Positions 50,055-63,435 of a DNA stretch of 64,000 nucleotides are shown here, in pieces. How positions within the stretch are numbered: the stretch's first letter is position 1; each line of letters begins with the position of its first letter. Location of the stretch: NCBI GenBank assembly GCA_040954595.2, contig CM082583.2, positions 280,542-344,541 of the forward strand, read 5' to 3'. Below the pieces are notes generated by a model. It ran no database searches. It was not told the DNA's origin and worked only from the letters and a program-made list of their open reading frames with translations. This DNA comes from Balanoglossus misakiensis (Eukaryota > Animalia > Hemichordata). Made by a program: the position numbers and the translations under genes.

Positions 50055-51272
50055 GCCATGATCAGTGCACTACAATGCGTGAAAGTGGACCGCTGTTCTG
50101 TTCATTGATCATCACCCCCTGTATCATGAACATTGTATAGCAATCCATTGAATTCAGCTCTTCCAGCTAGTGGCCGCACTCGCTTGATTTCCTGTGTGTG
50201 TCTCTGGGGACACAAATAATGCATATGCGTCTTTTTCTAATTTGCATATTTTGAATGGGTTAGGTGTGCCCTGACTTGAATGCGTCAAGCATACAGGTTG
50301 TTATGGAAGTTTCTTTTTAGAACCACTAGTGTTAGTCTGTGGGCCCAACCAGCAAAAAAGGTTCTAGAAATGGTATTATGTTGTATAGGAGTTTTGTTCT
50401 ACATGAAATTAGCTGGAAATGACGGGTGGGAAACTATTGATGTGAAATCAGGTCACTTCTACCGAAAATGATGGACCAGAGAGCAATGACTATTTTAATT
50501 TATTTCATATACTATGTTCACAACTGCTATGCTCCCATAAACTGGGGAAACTAAATGATTGTACTTTCTGTTTGAACAATTCATGTATTTTTTTCGCTAC
50601 CACCTACACTACTATAGTCAGCACATGACAGTATATACTTGAATATGGATAAATTTTATCAAAACACTTCAGCTGATCTTGAATGCTGTCTGATATTTTT
50701 TTTTTCCAAATGTATTTCTTTCACTTTTAGACTAGTACTTCTGCTTGCACTGTTTTTTTCAAAACACATTTCTCATAGTTGCACTGGTGCAATTTGATAT
50801 GACATACACAATGAATTCCATCAGTATAACATAAGATACAGAATCTGAGAGGGAAATGACAATATATTTGTGTGAGGCCATTTGTGAGTGCAGGCCATTT
50901 TTAAGACTTAATTTAAAACAGTTATTAGAGCCCAGGACAAGTGGTTTTTCCCCCTGTCAAGCACCCACCTTATCAGGCTGCATTCAATATTACATGAGCA
51001 AATCAGTTCAGCATTTCACTGTGGTGTTTGCACTGTTCTCCAAACATTCTGCTCGTCATCCACTACACACTGAGAGAGCACCAAGTGTCCTTGACGCTAT
51101 ATTTTTAATTTCTAACTATGGAAAGTGCCTGATAACTTTAAATTATTTTCTTTTTTAACATGGTGACTGACTGTAATCTCTGCAACTTACAACTTCTGTA
51201 AGCACCCTTTTGTGGCAGGAAATGCAAAGCCATTGTTAGCCTATACCCTCCCCACACAAAAAAAAAACTTAC

Positions 51273-51392
51273 CTAAACAATTGACATGATCTGCACTCAG
51301 AGAAAAACCATCATCACCACAACTACAGCTGAATCCACCCTCTGCATTGTGACAACCTCCAGCACAAACAGAATCTGAACACTCATTCACAT
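51273..51392 (-). pseudogene. cbEGF exon, copy B
   Basis: Same peptide as 27932-28051. Confidence 0.88.
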
Positions 51393-54300
51393 CTGAAAAC
51401 AGAAAACAAAAACATCCATTGTAATTATTCAAGTCAATACCTATCCTCCCTTCCTTTAAAAATTTTCTTAAATTGAACAAATTCACATGGCTTTGAAATT
51501 AAGTATTAACAGTGATATTTCTAATATTTCTAACAGGCCTGACTTTTCTAAACGTTCAGTTTCTTTGTGGATTTGTAGAAATGATGTACAAACTGAGCTG
51601 TCAGGTCATAACTGTTTGTGCTTTGGCATGAACACATATCCCAGAATGCCCTACAGGGTTGGCAAAGAAATTGATAAACTCTTCACCTAAAATTTCAAAC
51701 TCGTAGATCTTAATTATATAGATTCTCACACTCCTGGCATGCTGAGAGTGTGGGATCAGAGTGTAAGAACAAATCAATCCCACACACTCACTGAATCGAA
51801 AGCTGTATATGACGCGAGCGCTGATTGGATGACAGAGCGTTTTTCAATAACGTGCGCTAAATGTTATCCAATGACAGGATAAAGAAACTACAACATGCCA
51901 GATGACAACTCAAGAGTCATTTATTCAATGTTTTAAGACGAATTTGGCTAATTTGTGCCCGTGTGAGAAATATAATCTCATACACAAAGGACCTAGGATC
52001 ATATTTCCCACACTTGTCAGGGATGTTTTGTCCCACATTCGCCTGCGGCTCGTGTGGGACAGAAAATCCCCAACTCATGTCAGAATTATGACCCCTAGTC
52101 CTTGGGAGTGTAAGATTCTATTAATCTCACAACCTTAGGACCTGGGATAAGATTTCTCAGATGAGTTGGTGAAATTTTTGCTTGTGTTAGTCAACATATA
52201 CCTGATAAGTGTAAAAAATTGCATCAAGGACACAGTGGTCCCATTCAGTCTACACGGAGTACATATACACAGTCAGATCGCACGGTGCTCATTTGCATAT
52301 GAAAGTTCATCAAGCGAGCGACCGTTAACTTTCAAACAGACTGCAATAGGCCAATTTTCAAGGTGATTTTCAACTTGATTTTTATGCTCTGTTGTGCAAT
52401 AAAATACCATGTTAGCTGGATAAATTACGAAAGTGATTCCCATTTTTCACTGCAGACGTAAATTTTATGAAAATCTGTCGGTAATAGTAGAAGTTTTTAA
52501 CGTGTTTTCAGTGGTATGTTGGTGACCCCGAAAGAGACGTCCACAAACGTGTCAAAAATCATTTGAAAACGACCTCGGAAGTTAACCAAACTTTCCTGAC
52601 AGAGAGGTCTAATATTGGTCCCGACATCCGTGAAAAGAAATTAATTCGAAATGCTATTTTCCATATTATGATGTTCAGTATCAGTGATTGGTGATGGTGA
52701 TTCTAATAGTGGTGACTTATCTGTATATTTTGGGCATACCCCATACTTTTTCGATGTGGTACAGAATCCAGGGTTCCCATTATGTGGATTACTGCAGTCA
52801 TTGCATTGACACGCAGGGCCACAACCATTGTGGGTCTTATAAACATTTACAACATCTGCTATTACAAGTTGGCATCTTTTTGCAGCCACACCCTTTTGTT
52901 AGCAACTCCAAATTATTTTTCACTTTTTCTAAATTGGCATCACTGTCCCAAATAATATCAAGTTCGCCGTTGCTTAGTCTGTATCCATAATTATTGAATA
53001 AGGGAAACGTAACATGGCACTGATCGGCCTGGGACCATAACTGAGAGACCCAGCATGATCTTTTCCAGTGCAGTTGTAGGGCTTCAAAGGAAGGGATACA
53101 TTCTTCCTCATACTGGATACGTGGCCAAATTGTTTCTCGTATATATGTAAGCCATTTGATGTGGTTATCTTTAAGACTGTTAGTGACACTGGCTACTTGT
53201 TGATAAAGTTCAAAAGGATGAGATGCATCAAATGCTTGGAAATGTTTCTTAACATAAACACTACCTTTTAAACGTATGAAAGCGAAAATTCCATTCCCTA
53301 CACTGTCTACTGTTGTGTCTATCAGTGTTCCAGGTATAAGGGTGCCACTAGTTATAAATTCAGGGTATTGAAAAAATGTCTTGTAGAAAGATATCTTTCC
53401 GATGCCTGCAAAGTATAGTCACAACCTGTGCATATGAACACTGTTTGAAATATTTTGCCTACATATTGGAGGGGAATATGTTGCAAATAAGGGTCTAAAT
53501 TTAAATCTGATTTGAATTGATTCATGTCTAAATAAGTGAGATTGGATAAATCATTATCCAGTTGTACAAATATCTCCTTTTGAACATGTTGATATAGTAC
53601 TGGGAGGAGAACATGATAAGTATCGGTATCAGGGGAGTAAATAACACCTTTCTTGTAAGAGGACTGAACTGCATGAAGGATGCATCTACTGTCAGCTTCT
53701 TCATGACAACTTTTGGCTTCCCACTCAGACACAATTCCATTACTACCGACGAAAAGACTCTTGTCCCTATTTTCCCCATCAAAGCCACCTGCTGTAATGA
53801 GGACATGATCACCTTGCAGAGCCGGTACAATTATTTGTAAAGATGTGGCTGACAAGAAGTTCACTAGTTTTCTCTTGCTTGGCCTACAATTAATGTATGT
53901 TTTGAGCTAATATTATTGATTTCCTATTTTTTATGCATTTGTTTGTATTTTTCCATGTTATTGGTAAAAAGTCTTCATTTCTGAAAGTGATGGGCTTACT
54001 TCTTTTAAATTTAGTATGAAGCTTCCCAATTGTTGTCTGAGTAACCATAGTTTTGTTCAAATTGTTGCAAAATTTGCATATTTATAATTTTGAGCAATAT
54101 TTGCCATTTTTGGTCAATTTTTTTTTCTTTAAAACCGCATGCCAGATTGCTTTGCAATTTTGTAGGCATGTTCGTAGGTGTAACCCAAATAATATGTTGT
54201 AAAAAAATGTGATATTTTCATAAATGTGTTATAGGGGAAACTTTTTCAATTTTTGTCAAAAATTGTTTTCCTGAAACTGCTTGTCATATTGCATTGACCT

Positions 54301-55549
54301 TTGGCAGCATGTTCCTTGTAGTGGTTGAAGTAAGGTATTGTACAATTTTGTGTTTTTGCCACTTTTGAACAAATATTTTTTTGTGAAACTGCTTGTTGAT
54401 TGCTTTGAAATTTGTTTTTTCTCTGATTGCTTTGAAATTTAGGATATAATTTCATAACACATACATGTATATGTGCAACTTTTATTCAATTCTGATATCA
54501 GAAATATTCAATATTTAGCGAGTTTTTTCTCCTAAACCAATTGTCCAGTTGTTTTGAAAGTTACTGTTTACAAGGAGTTGTTACCCCCAACTTAGACATG
54601 TTTACATAACTTCAATAAGCCAGCTGTTAGAGAGACCATGGGCTATTAAATTGTTTATTACCAGTGGCAGGTCAGTGTGTGTGTCTGTCTGTCTGTCTGT
54701 TTCAGAGCTGACTGAAAGAAGTTGCTTCTCATATGTGTTTGTACAGACAATTTTTGGTCAATTTTTTTTCTAGCACTACTTGTAAGACTGTAATGACACA
54801 TGACAGTTTATTGGGCATGTTCCTTGTTAATTTTTTTTACATTCCATATTTCTATATCGTAAGATCATATCTGCTTGCAATGTCACCTGTAATTTTTATT
54901 GGGGTGTGTCACTGTTTCCGCATAATCCTCAAATGGGACCACAGTGTCCTTGACGCTATTCTTTGCTGTGTCATCTGAAAATATATTAGTTAGCTCCCTG
55001 GCGGTATTAAGTGGTGAAAATACATCAGCACTTTCAAGACAATTGATATACAACCTGCAGTTTGACTCATGTATTTTATGTACACTAACTGAATTATGGG
55101 TTTCATTTTGGAAAGGAAATAACTGATCTTTTAGATTCTTGGCAGCCATAGCTCTATAGGGTAAATAAATTGCTATTCTCTCCATTAACCCACCTGTAGA
55201 AGTATGCAATGCAGCTTTAACATCTTTATTGACGCACATTTCATGGGCTTCATCTAGTGCTACATTAACCCAAGTTGAGCCTGACAAATTGCAAACAAAA
55301 CCACCTGCTTTGAAATGTAACAACAGAGAGTTTGGCATCTTCAGAAGGTCAGCAAGATTTCTTGGAATTAACCTCAAGTACAGGGATCGGTCATATGCAT
55401 GGAACAGTGGGTTTATTTTTTTCAAAGCCGATATTCGAAGGTTCCAATTTCCTGACCTTATTGCAATGTACAAAGACATGTATGCAAACAAATCTTCCTC
55501 TATAAATCTAACCCAAAATTTGAAAGTTTTGTCTGTATTTGCCCTTCTG

Positions 55550-56181
55550 CACAGTACGTGAAATATCCCATAATTCATTCTGATTTGTACAATTAGAGAT
55601 TACTCAGTCAAACCAGGCAAAGTTCACATGTGTAGAGAGAATTGTAGACCACTAATAGAAATTTTGAGATCTTACTTTTAAGGTGAATCTTATTGTCAAT
55701 TACCATTTCAAATGATTTAGAAAATTATGTATTATTGAGAGAGAAGATACGAATTTTATAAAATAATCAAGCAATTGCATAGCCAGCCATACCAAAAAGT
55801 TTGGAGTAAAACAGGGACACTTGAAACACCTGTTTAATCAAACAAAAAGATATTGATATTTTCTTTTGACAGAACAATTGAAATTTACATGTTAACTTTC
55901 AACAGAGACTGGCCACCTCAGTCAATCATTGCTTGTTTCCTCATTGCTTGTTTCCTCCAAAGTGTGGCATTTGCAGTACATGAATACTTTGATTCTTATT
56001 GCTTTTAAATTTTGATTTTGGAATTTCACTCTAATTCCTCAACGTACTTTTCCTAGATAAACATAAATAGATTTATATGTACTTCATATCATTGTTAGTA
56101 TCTAAAACAGAAAAAGTTATTAAATGGGCAACCTTCGATGATACAAATCATGGAGAATTGTGGGTAAAATATCGTACTGTG
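55550..56181. mobile_element. Transib-like element, copy B
   Basis: TTCTG|CACAGTACG...CGTACTGTG|TTCTG. Confidence 0.8.
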
Positions 56182-57279
56182 TTCTGTCACAAAAAATCTG
56201 AAATTCCTCTTGCAAGCGAGTAAGTTGAGCCTTAAGGTCACCATTAATTTTGTCAATATGATCAGCTTTATCTTCAGTACATTCCAAAGATTTTGTGACA
56301 GCTTCTAGTAAACATTTTTGGACTGTTTCTGTATTTAAGGGACAGTGCTGGGTATTATGGGTGTCACCCCTCTTATTCAAAAAGGAATTGACAATACATC
56401 TAAACATACTTTCCCAAATTTGTGTTAGGAAGCGATGAGTTAGCTTGAAATTTGTACACTGTACTAGGGTTTCCAAAGTTCCCCCTTTATGATTGAACCC
56501 TGCCAGATGTTTTAGGCCAGCATCCCAGAATATTTTCATGATGACTGGTTGGTAATTTTTTAGAGTGTGCCAGTCTCTGATAAAAGGCTGCAACCAGTCT
56601 AAATTTGCACCATACATGTCTTTTAACTTTATCAGGTGATGGGAAGTTTTCCCATCACCAACCACAACCAGGTATTTTATTCTTACACCAACTCTGAATG
56701 TAACATATACAGCTTATTGATAATGTTATGGACAGTTTCAATGGTGTCTGCGTGTTCACTTGCTATGCCCAAATAAATGACATCTGAGCATTCACTGTCA
56801 TCACTGTTAGCATTTGTTGCTAATGTTGATTTAAAATCCCCAAAAACTGTTTCTATATCAGCTCTGTGCATTGCATTTTTCTGTAGAGCAAAAATGAATT
56901 GTCAGAAAACAGTTCTGACCAAGCAATGGCTTCTTCTTGTTTAATGTCAAAATCTGACAGCGAAATTGATGACCGTGGTTGATGTTGTCTCAGTAGAGGT
57001 GGTTTAAATACTACATCATTATGAACAGTATCATTGGATTTTTTTCTCCGTAAATGTACGGGCTTTTCTCACAGGTGCACTCAAACCTGTACCAGTATTT
57101 TTTTAGATAGATCTGTCAACCATGATTTTAGTATTATTTCCACAAATTGCCAAAAATTTCATTCATTTCATAGTCTACTGTATTTTGTGAACAAAAGCCA
57201 CTGTTTAATTCCTGCCACCGTTCAAATGAATTCCGTGCATTTTCACTCACCAGACTATCTTTACTTTTAATTAACTGCC

Positions 57280-57770
57280 TGTTAAGAAGCAAATCATAAT
57301 GGCCTGGTTGACCTGGCCTGTCTGGTGTGTACAAGTGACAGACAGGCTCAGTCTTGGAGAACACATCACCATCACCTCTTGCAAATATATCATTCTGCTT
57401 GGTGTATATATGTAATGGACATTTTGCAACATACACTACAGATATCATTTCTGGCATACCAGCATATTCATCTGCCTTTTCCATACATTGTGTTCTGTGC
57501 AAAATGTCCATATAACGAGTGCCGTCTAACAGGACATCAAGTTGTGCATCATCCATTCCTTCAAAGTATATATGATTGGCACGCATTATGTCTACTGTAT
57601 CTGCTCTTAACTTGTCTGCGAATATTTTCTCTCGGTCAGCTAAAATTGGGTCAGAAGGGAGTCCACTAGGTAAATGATCGCAATTTTGCAATGCAATATC
57701 ATTTCTCACAGAGATGCTCCTGAAAAAGCACCTTCCATCACCATATATGTTGATTAGCTTAAAATCTTTG
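57280..57770 (-). pseudogene. OTU cysteine-protease (deubiquitinase) domain within the Academ transposase ORF; copy A ~35440-35925
   Basis: IYGDGRCFFRSIS...LR...YAGMPE...PLHIY...LY...GHYDLL, with the catalytic D/C and H motifs. Confidence 0.9.
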
Positions 57771-60700
57771 ACAGTTGAATGTTTGTCATGACTGCCAAAA
57801 ACAATATCATCAACACTGTTCAAAATTGACTTTGGTTTTGGTTGGACCATTTGATAAGAAGTACCGTGGAAACCTCTGTCCTTTGGATCAGCTCTAACAG
57901 CTGCATATTTAGCTGATTTATCAATATTGTCAATGGAAGTTATACAAAATGCATTATTTGCAATATTTTCCTCTGTGAAATCAGCTGATGTTCTTTTGTT
58001 GATAACTCCCAACATGTATCTATGCAATGTATCTCCAGAACAAATAATACCAAATCAATTTAGAATTTTCACTAGAGTAGATGACCTACTATAACCTTCA
58101 ACAATGTCAGCCAGGTAAGTATACAATGGGTAAGTACAATGATCAGAACAAGTGAACAATATCATACACACAAAACAAACGCCTGAGGAATCGTGCTCTA
58201 CTCTCCATAGAGTGCTGGTCATAAAATCCATAGTAGTGTTTATTCCATTCAAAGTTGGGGCTTTTTAATTTACTGCATTCACTGTTGTTCAACGAATTGC
58301 TAGGACGTTGTGTTGACATGTACACAGCGCGAGACAATGATTGACAGGCAGAATGTATCAAAATTCTGGCCCATGTGACTGACTCCGCGAATCTGATTGG
58401 TAGACAAGACGCAAAAGTGTAAAAACTTGAAAGTCGATTTCACTTTATGAATGAAAGTGATTCCATAATTAGCATATCTCGTTGGGGCCACAGATCGTTG
58501 CACAGGGGAAAGAACGTAATCCCACTAAATAAACTACAAGGCCGCTCGAATATTTTAGCGGGATATTGGAATATTGTATCCTACCTCTTCTAACGAAAAA
58601 TAAGAAGACTGTTCATGTGATAAATATATAATCCCATGATATTTTTCTTTATTTAACGTCATCGTATACTCGTGGTTTTCGCGGAGTCTAGCAACTTCTT
58701 GCCTACGGCTCGAAGTTGCACGGCTCTGCGAAAACACTCGTATACGATGACGTCAAACAAAGAAAAATATCATGGGATTATATATAAAAATAGTATTCCA
58801 TAACACAGGGTCAATCTCACTGACAATATATTCAACATCAAGTGTACTCAGATCAACAGTGTTTGTTTTGCAGTAATTACTGAATTTTTAAGATTGCTGA
58901 TAAATGCTGACATTTAATTTCACAGCCACCAAATCAAGCATTTTGAAAAAGTCAACGTCAACTTTACTCAAGTCTCATACTTGCTTTTCAAGCCTCTCTA
59001 TCTGTTTCTCAGCTTGCACAACATACTGGGGATGTTCGACAAGTGCATTTTGGAGGGAATAGTGAGATCTGAACCCGTTCGGTACAAAAAGGTGGAGAAC
59101 TTTCTACTCACTTTTGATACAACAGAAAAGTGAATTGGATAATACACACATAGAAATTCCCGAATAAGCCAGCTATTAGGTTTTCTGTGGAATTCCACTG
59201 GTTGTACCTTGACCTTGGGTCGCAAAGTCTGATATTCATCATCTAAACAATCATTGAAATATTGCCTGACGTCAAACAATAGAATGGCGTGTTTTCTGAG
59301 GAGCACTTCTCCTAAAAAGACAGCAGTTTTCCAGCATGCAAAATTCACCAAGTCGGTGTCACAGCTGCAGCCTTTTTGTAGCATTGTGACATATTTTTTA
59401 ATTTCTTCAGCAAGTGCTATATCACTCGACATAATTAGGCCTTGTTGAATACTACACCTTGCTTTTTCCGCTAAAGCAACAAATGTTTTATATCATTTCA
59501 AACAAATCAGGCTGTCTTGAGTAAGGGCAAATGGTGTGTTAGTTTGTTGGTGAAATGTTTGCACCATATCAAAATCAGGGATTTTAAACAAATTGTTTGC
59601 CCGCGATAAGCACGAAGTACACAAGGGATGGCTTTTTCTCATAGCAAGGATGTACTGACATTGACACAGTGGAAATGATGAAAATCCTTTAAAACCTGAG
59701 TTGTCTATACTCAATTTTGTACACAGTCCTGTTCGCCTGAAATCAGGTCTATAATGTCACGTAAAAAAATGGCCTATTTCGCGACCCTTCAGCGGGGCCC
59801 ACGGTAACGGCTACATGGTATGAAGTACTTTCCCTCATTAACATATGTTAATGAGTACCATGCGATCTGACTGTACAGACACACATACACAACGAGAGAT
59901 TAACAGGCAAACACTGGCTGACCCATAAGCTGCCAATGGCATGTGTACTGTACACACAGCAAATGGTCTCTTTAACAGATAGCCAGTTATGAAAACACGC
60001 AGTTACCAATCACTGTTATTATTGACAAATTGCATCCAAGTCCAGACCCAGGCTTGAATACAATTTTTAAACAATAACAACATTGCTTACCCTGCTTCAC
60101 CGAGCTGAACAAGAAATGATGGTTGATAACAAGCATAATACTGAATAAAAATTCAAAAGTTACAGATATAGGACCTTTCGTTGCCCATATATTATATTAC
60201 CATGGTCTGTGCGTCGCATTTTAATTGGGCAAGATGAACGACATCACTGACCACAAATACCCAGTAATGGTTTGTTTACATGCCCGTAAATCTGAATAGT
60301 AATATTAGCAAATAGTTCAGTGAACACAACATTTTGCATAACACAAGTTCTGGGGCCCCTAGTCTTGTGTGTGGGACATTTTCATAAATATTGATGGTTT
60401 TCTTGAGATTGTTGGTAATGTAATGGAAATAAATGTAGGGCTCGGGCTCTAGGAAAGCCAAATTTCATGGGCTCAGAAGCCTTGCCCATGAATTTTGGGC
60501 TTTCCCCTCGCCCTTGCCCAAAAACAAACGTTAATGGTCAGGGCGTTGTGCATTATTTCTATATTGTGTTGATCTTACCTGTACACTCTCCATTGACCAA
60601 TCAATATTCCACAGCACAAGTGCAATAAAAAGAGCCTGCTGTATTCACACACTGGCCTCCACAAAGATCTGCTCTCTCCATATATTCATTGAGAAAAATC

Positions 60701-61692
60701 TGAAATCTGAAATCAAAGGTAGTTATTATTAATAAATTTATTATTATTTATTTCCTAACAAAAGTAATACACATACATCTCAGTGCATTTTCTACAGAAA
60801 ATAATAAAATTAGAAAACAAGTGAAAGCTTAAAGGATAAAAATTACACTTAAAAACCCCAAACAAACAGAAACAGTTCTGAAAGACAATCCCTATAAACC
60901 AAAAAAGCAATGGAATGAAATAGTGCTGAATAAAAGGACGAGTCTTAAAAACCCCTTTGAAAACTGTCAATAGATCCAGCATTGTGGATAGAAGGTGCAC
61001 AAACACTGAATCCTCTTTAGCCATATGCCTTGTTAAGTTTTGAAATGATCATTCACGGTGATGAGTTATCAAGAATATACCCGTTAAAAATTACTGTCCC
61101 CTCAGAGAAGCATTTTGTAATGAGATGAAAACTATATGAATTTTCTAAGTGTATATTTATTCTTTGCAGAGGTAATTTACTTAGCTATAGGTTGATAATT
61201 TATGTTAATTTCATTGAATTATGCAAATAAGTAGTGAAAATACTTGTACATGAATATATCAGACAGTCTTATAGTGTCGTGTGAGGTTGATGACACATAT
61301 TCTTAACCACATATTTCTTGATCAATTAATTGTGTTTACACCAAAGTCCTCAATATCCATGGCAATCTCTTCCTAGGAATTTTAACACTCTCTCCAAAAT
61401 CCCCTGAAACTTGTGTACCCTGTCAGCAAAACTTTGTCTGATTTTTAAAATACAGATTACTTCTTCACCCTTGCAAACACATTTTCAAAGATAAGTTTTC
61501 ACATTTGTTAATTTGTTTATATTATGCATAATTATAATTGGAACAATTCTAAGATACAATTTCAACAAACATGTGTTCAGTACAAGTGTGCGGTTGATTA
61601 CAAATTTTAAAATGTGTGCAATAGATAGACAGGATGTGTGTTTAGCTGATTGTAACCATAGCAATATGCAATCCCCAAACAGTGTAGCCACA

Positions 61693-62440
61693 AGTCGCTT
61701 GCACACGTGCAATGATTAGGGCGCCCTTTTTGGGATTATAAAAGTTGGTAAACATTTCTTATCAGCGACTCAAATAGTTTTGCATTCACATGTGTATAAA
61801 AGGGACGGGATCACCGCACTCAATGCGTCCACAGCAGCGTGGCTAAAGGTCGCAATGGCGGATTCAGTGATGTGTTTACTGTATATATAGCTCTGGACTT
61901 ATACCCAAACAGCGTATAAGTCCAGAGCTACTGTATATGGTACTCCTGAATTTGCTTTTTAAACGTCGCCGACGCCGATTTCATGGGCATTTGAATGAAC
62001 CGATACCGGTTTATGGTAACCTTTCATTGGAGGTTGCGCCTGGAAGTCTGCAGTCCATGCTACTAAATCGTCATCGGAGGTCGAGTTTGCAATTCCTTTG
62101 TATGTGCCTTGGCCATTTCCGCGTCACTCCAATTGTTGCCTCGAGACACTGCTTCGGCCATTGTTTTAGTAAAGTGAACCTCAACGCTTAATGCAGCGCT
62201 TAATGAGACAAACCGCGCCGGCAGAGTGCGTTTAGATCGGCGTTTAGTGCGGTGTTTCTGTTCACACGTGATTTGAATCGCTGTTTAGTGCGGCGCCCCG
62301 ACCCAGGTCCCACCCCTCAACACCGTCACAAAAAAGAGCGGCGCAGGGCCGCTCTCACCTTTTCACACGTGGCACTTACAAATTAACGCCGCCCTAGGGC
62401 AGCCGCTGGGGCGGCGTTGACGGCACGTGAGAAAGGCACT
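61693..62440. mobile_element. PIF/Harbinger-like MITE, 3-bp TSD ACA, absent from copy A
   Basis: ACA|AGTCGCTTGCACACGTGC...GCACGTGAGAAAGGCACT|ACA; empty site GCCACAGAAG near 43266. Confidence 0.75.
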
Positions 62441-62806
62441 ACAGAAGAGACCAATGTTTAACTGATTGTAACCATAGCAATATACAATCCCCAAACAATG
62501 TAGCCACAGAAGAGACCAATGTTTAGCTGATTGTAACCATAGCAATATACAATCCCCAAACAATGTAGCCACAGAAGAGACCAAAATCCACAGTTACATA
62601 CCGCCACATGCATGGCCATCTTCCAGCAGATAGAATCCTGGTCTGCAAGCGCAGAGATAACTACCATGGGTATTCATACAACAGTGTTGACATGCATTTC
62701 CACCACTGTGACATTCATTCATATCTGGAGGGTCAGTTGCAGGTGCATGGCAGTACAATTGACATGATCCTTTAATTTTACAGTGCAATTATAAGATAAT
62801 ACTTAC

Positions 62807-62914
62807 AAATCCTCCAGACATTATTCTGAAGAGAGATATGTATGCTTCCTGGCTGTTATTCATAAACTGGAACTCCACAGTGCGTGAGTTTTGAAACATG
62901 GCACCAAGTGATTG
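62807..62914 (-). pseudogene. MED25: MED25 ACID exon, copy B, acceptor mutated AG>AT
   Basis: Near-identical to 44486-44593. Confidence 0.82.
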
Positions 62915-63435
62915 ATGTGGGGAAAAAATTGACTCCAATCACCATCCCTTGTGCAGGCCAAAGATCATGATATTGCCCTCGCTAACATGTGTTATTATTT
63001 AAATATTTCACCTCTACTTATGCAATGAATTAATGAATACAAAGTGTTGTAGGTCATCCAACACGAGAATGTCACTAACAAAATTATCATTGAGTTTCAA
63101 ATCCCAAGTAACAGTGGACTTATATAGTTTATCACCCAGATGAAATTTTTTATCTAAATCTGCTTCTGTCGTATAAGGTTGCTTTGTTAAGACATACAAA
63201 GGGAAATGATTGCATTGCATGTACACTGTGTGCCTCTGGATGAAAGACCAATCTGTGTACTTCCTTGATGGGTACTACCACACGTTGTTCAGCCAAGCTC
63301 ATAATTTGTGTAATGTGTACCCTCCAAAGATACATCTGGAAGCACCCTAAAAATCAAATCGTTTATCGAAAAATGCTCACTATCCAACATGATCCAACCA
63401 CAATAACCCCATTGACCTACAGTCAATTGTTTTAA

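Larger units (their letters stand above)
52270..59873 (-). mobile_element. Decayed AcademX-type transposon, copy B, with the better preserved OTU domain
   Basis: Same TIRs and TACA TSD; ORFs 57134-58027 (DNID + OTU), 56120-56665, 54883-55578, 53352-53864. Confidence 0.85.
48467..63435. repeat. Segmental duplication, copy B
   Basis: See copy A; homology stops at TTAA 63432-63435. Confidence 0.95.

Noticed and set aside
55550-55590. True V(D)J recombination signal sequence
   Set aside because: The heptamer-like CACAGTA has no nonamer at 12 or 23 bp spacing.
26034-62724. cbEGF exons as one functional fibrillin/fibulin-like gene
   Set aside because: Half the exons carry stops or frameshifts, they are duplicates of four exons, and no signal-peptide or terminal exon was found.
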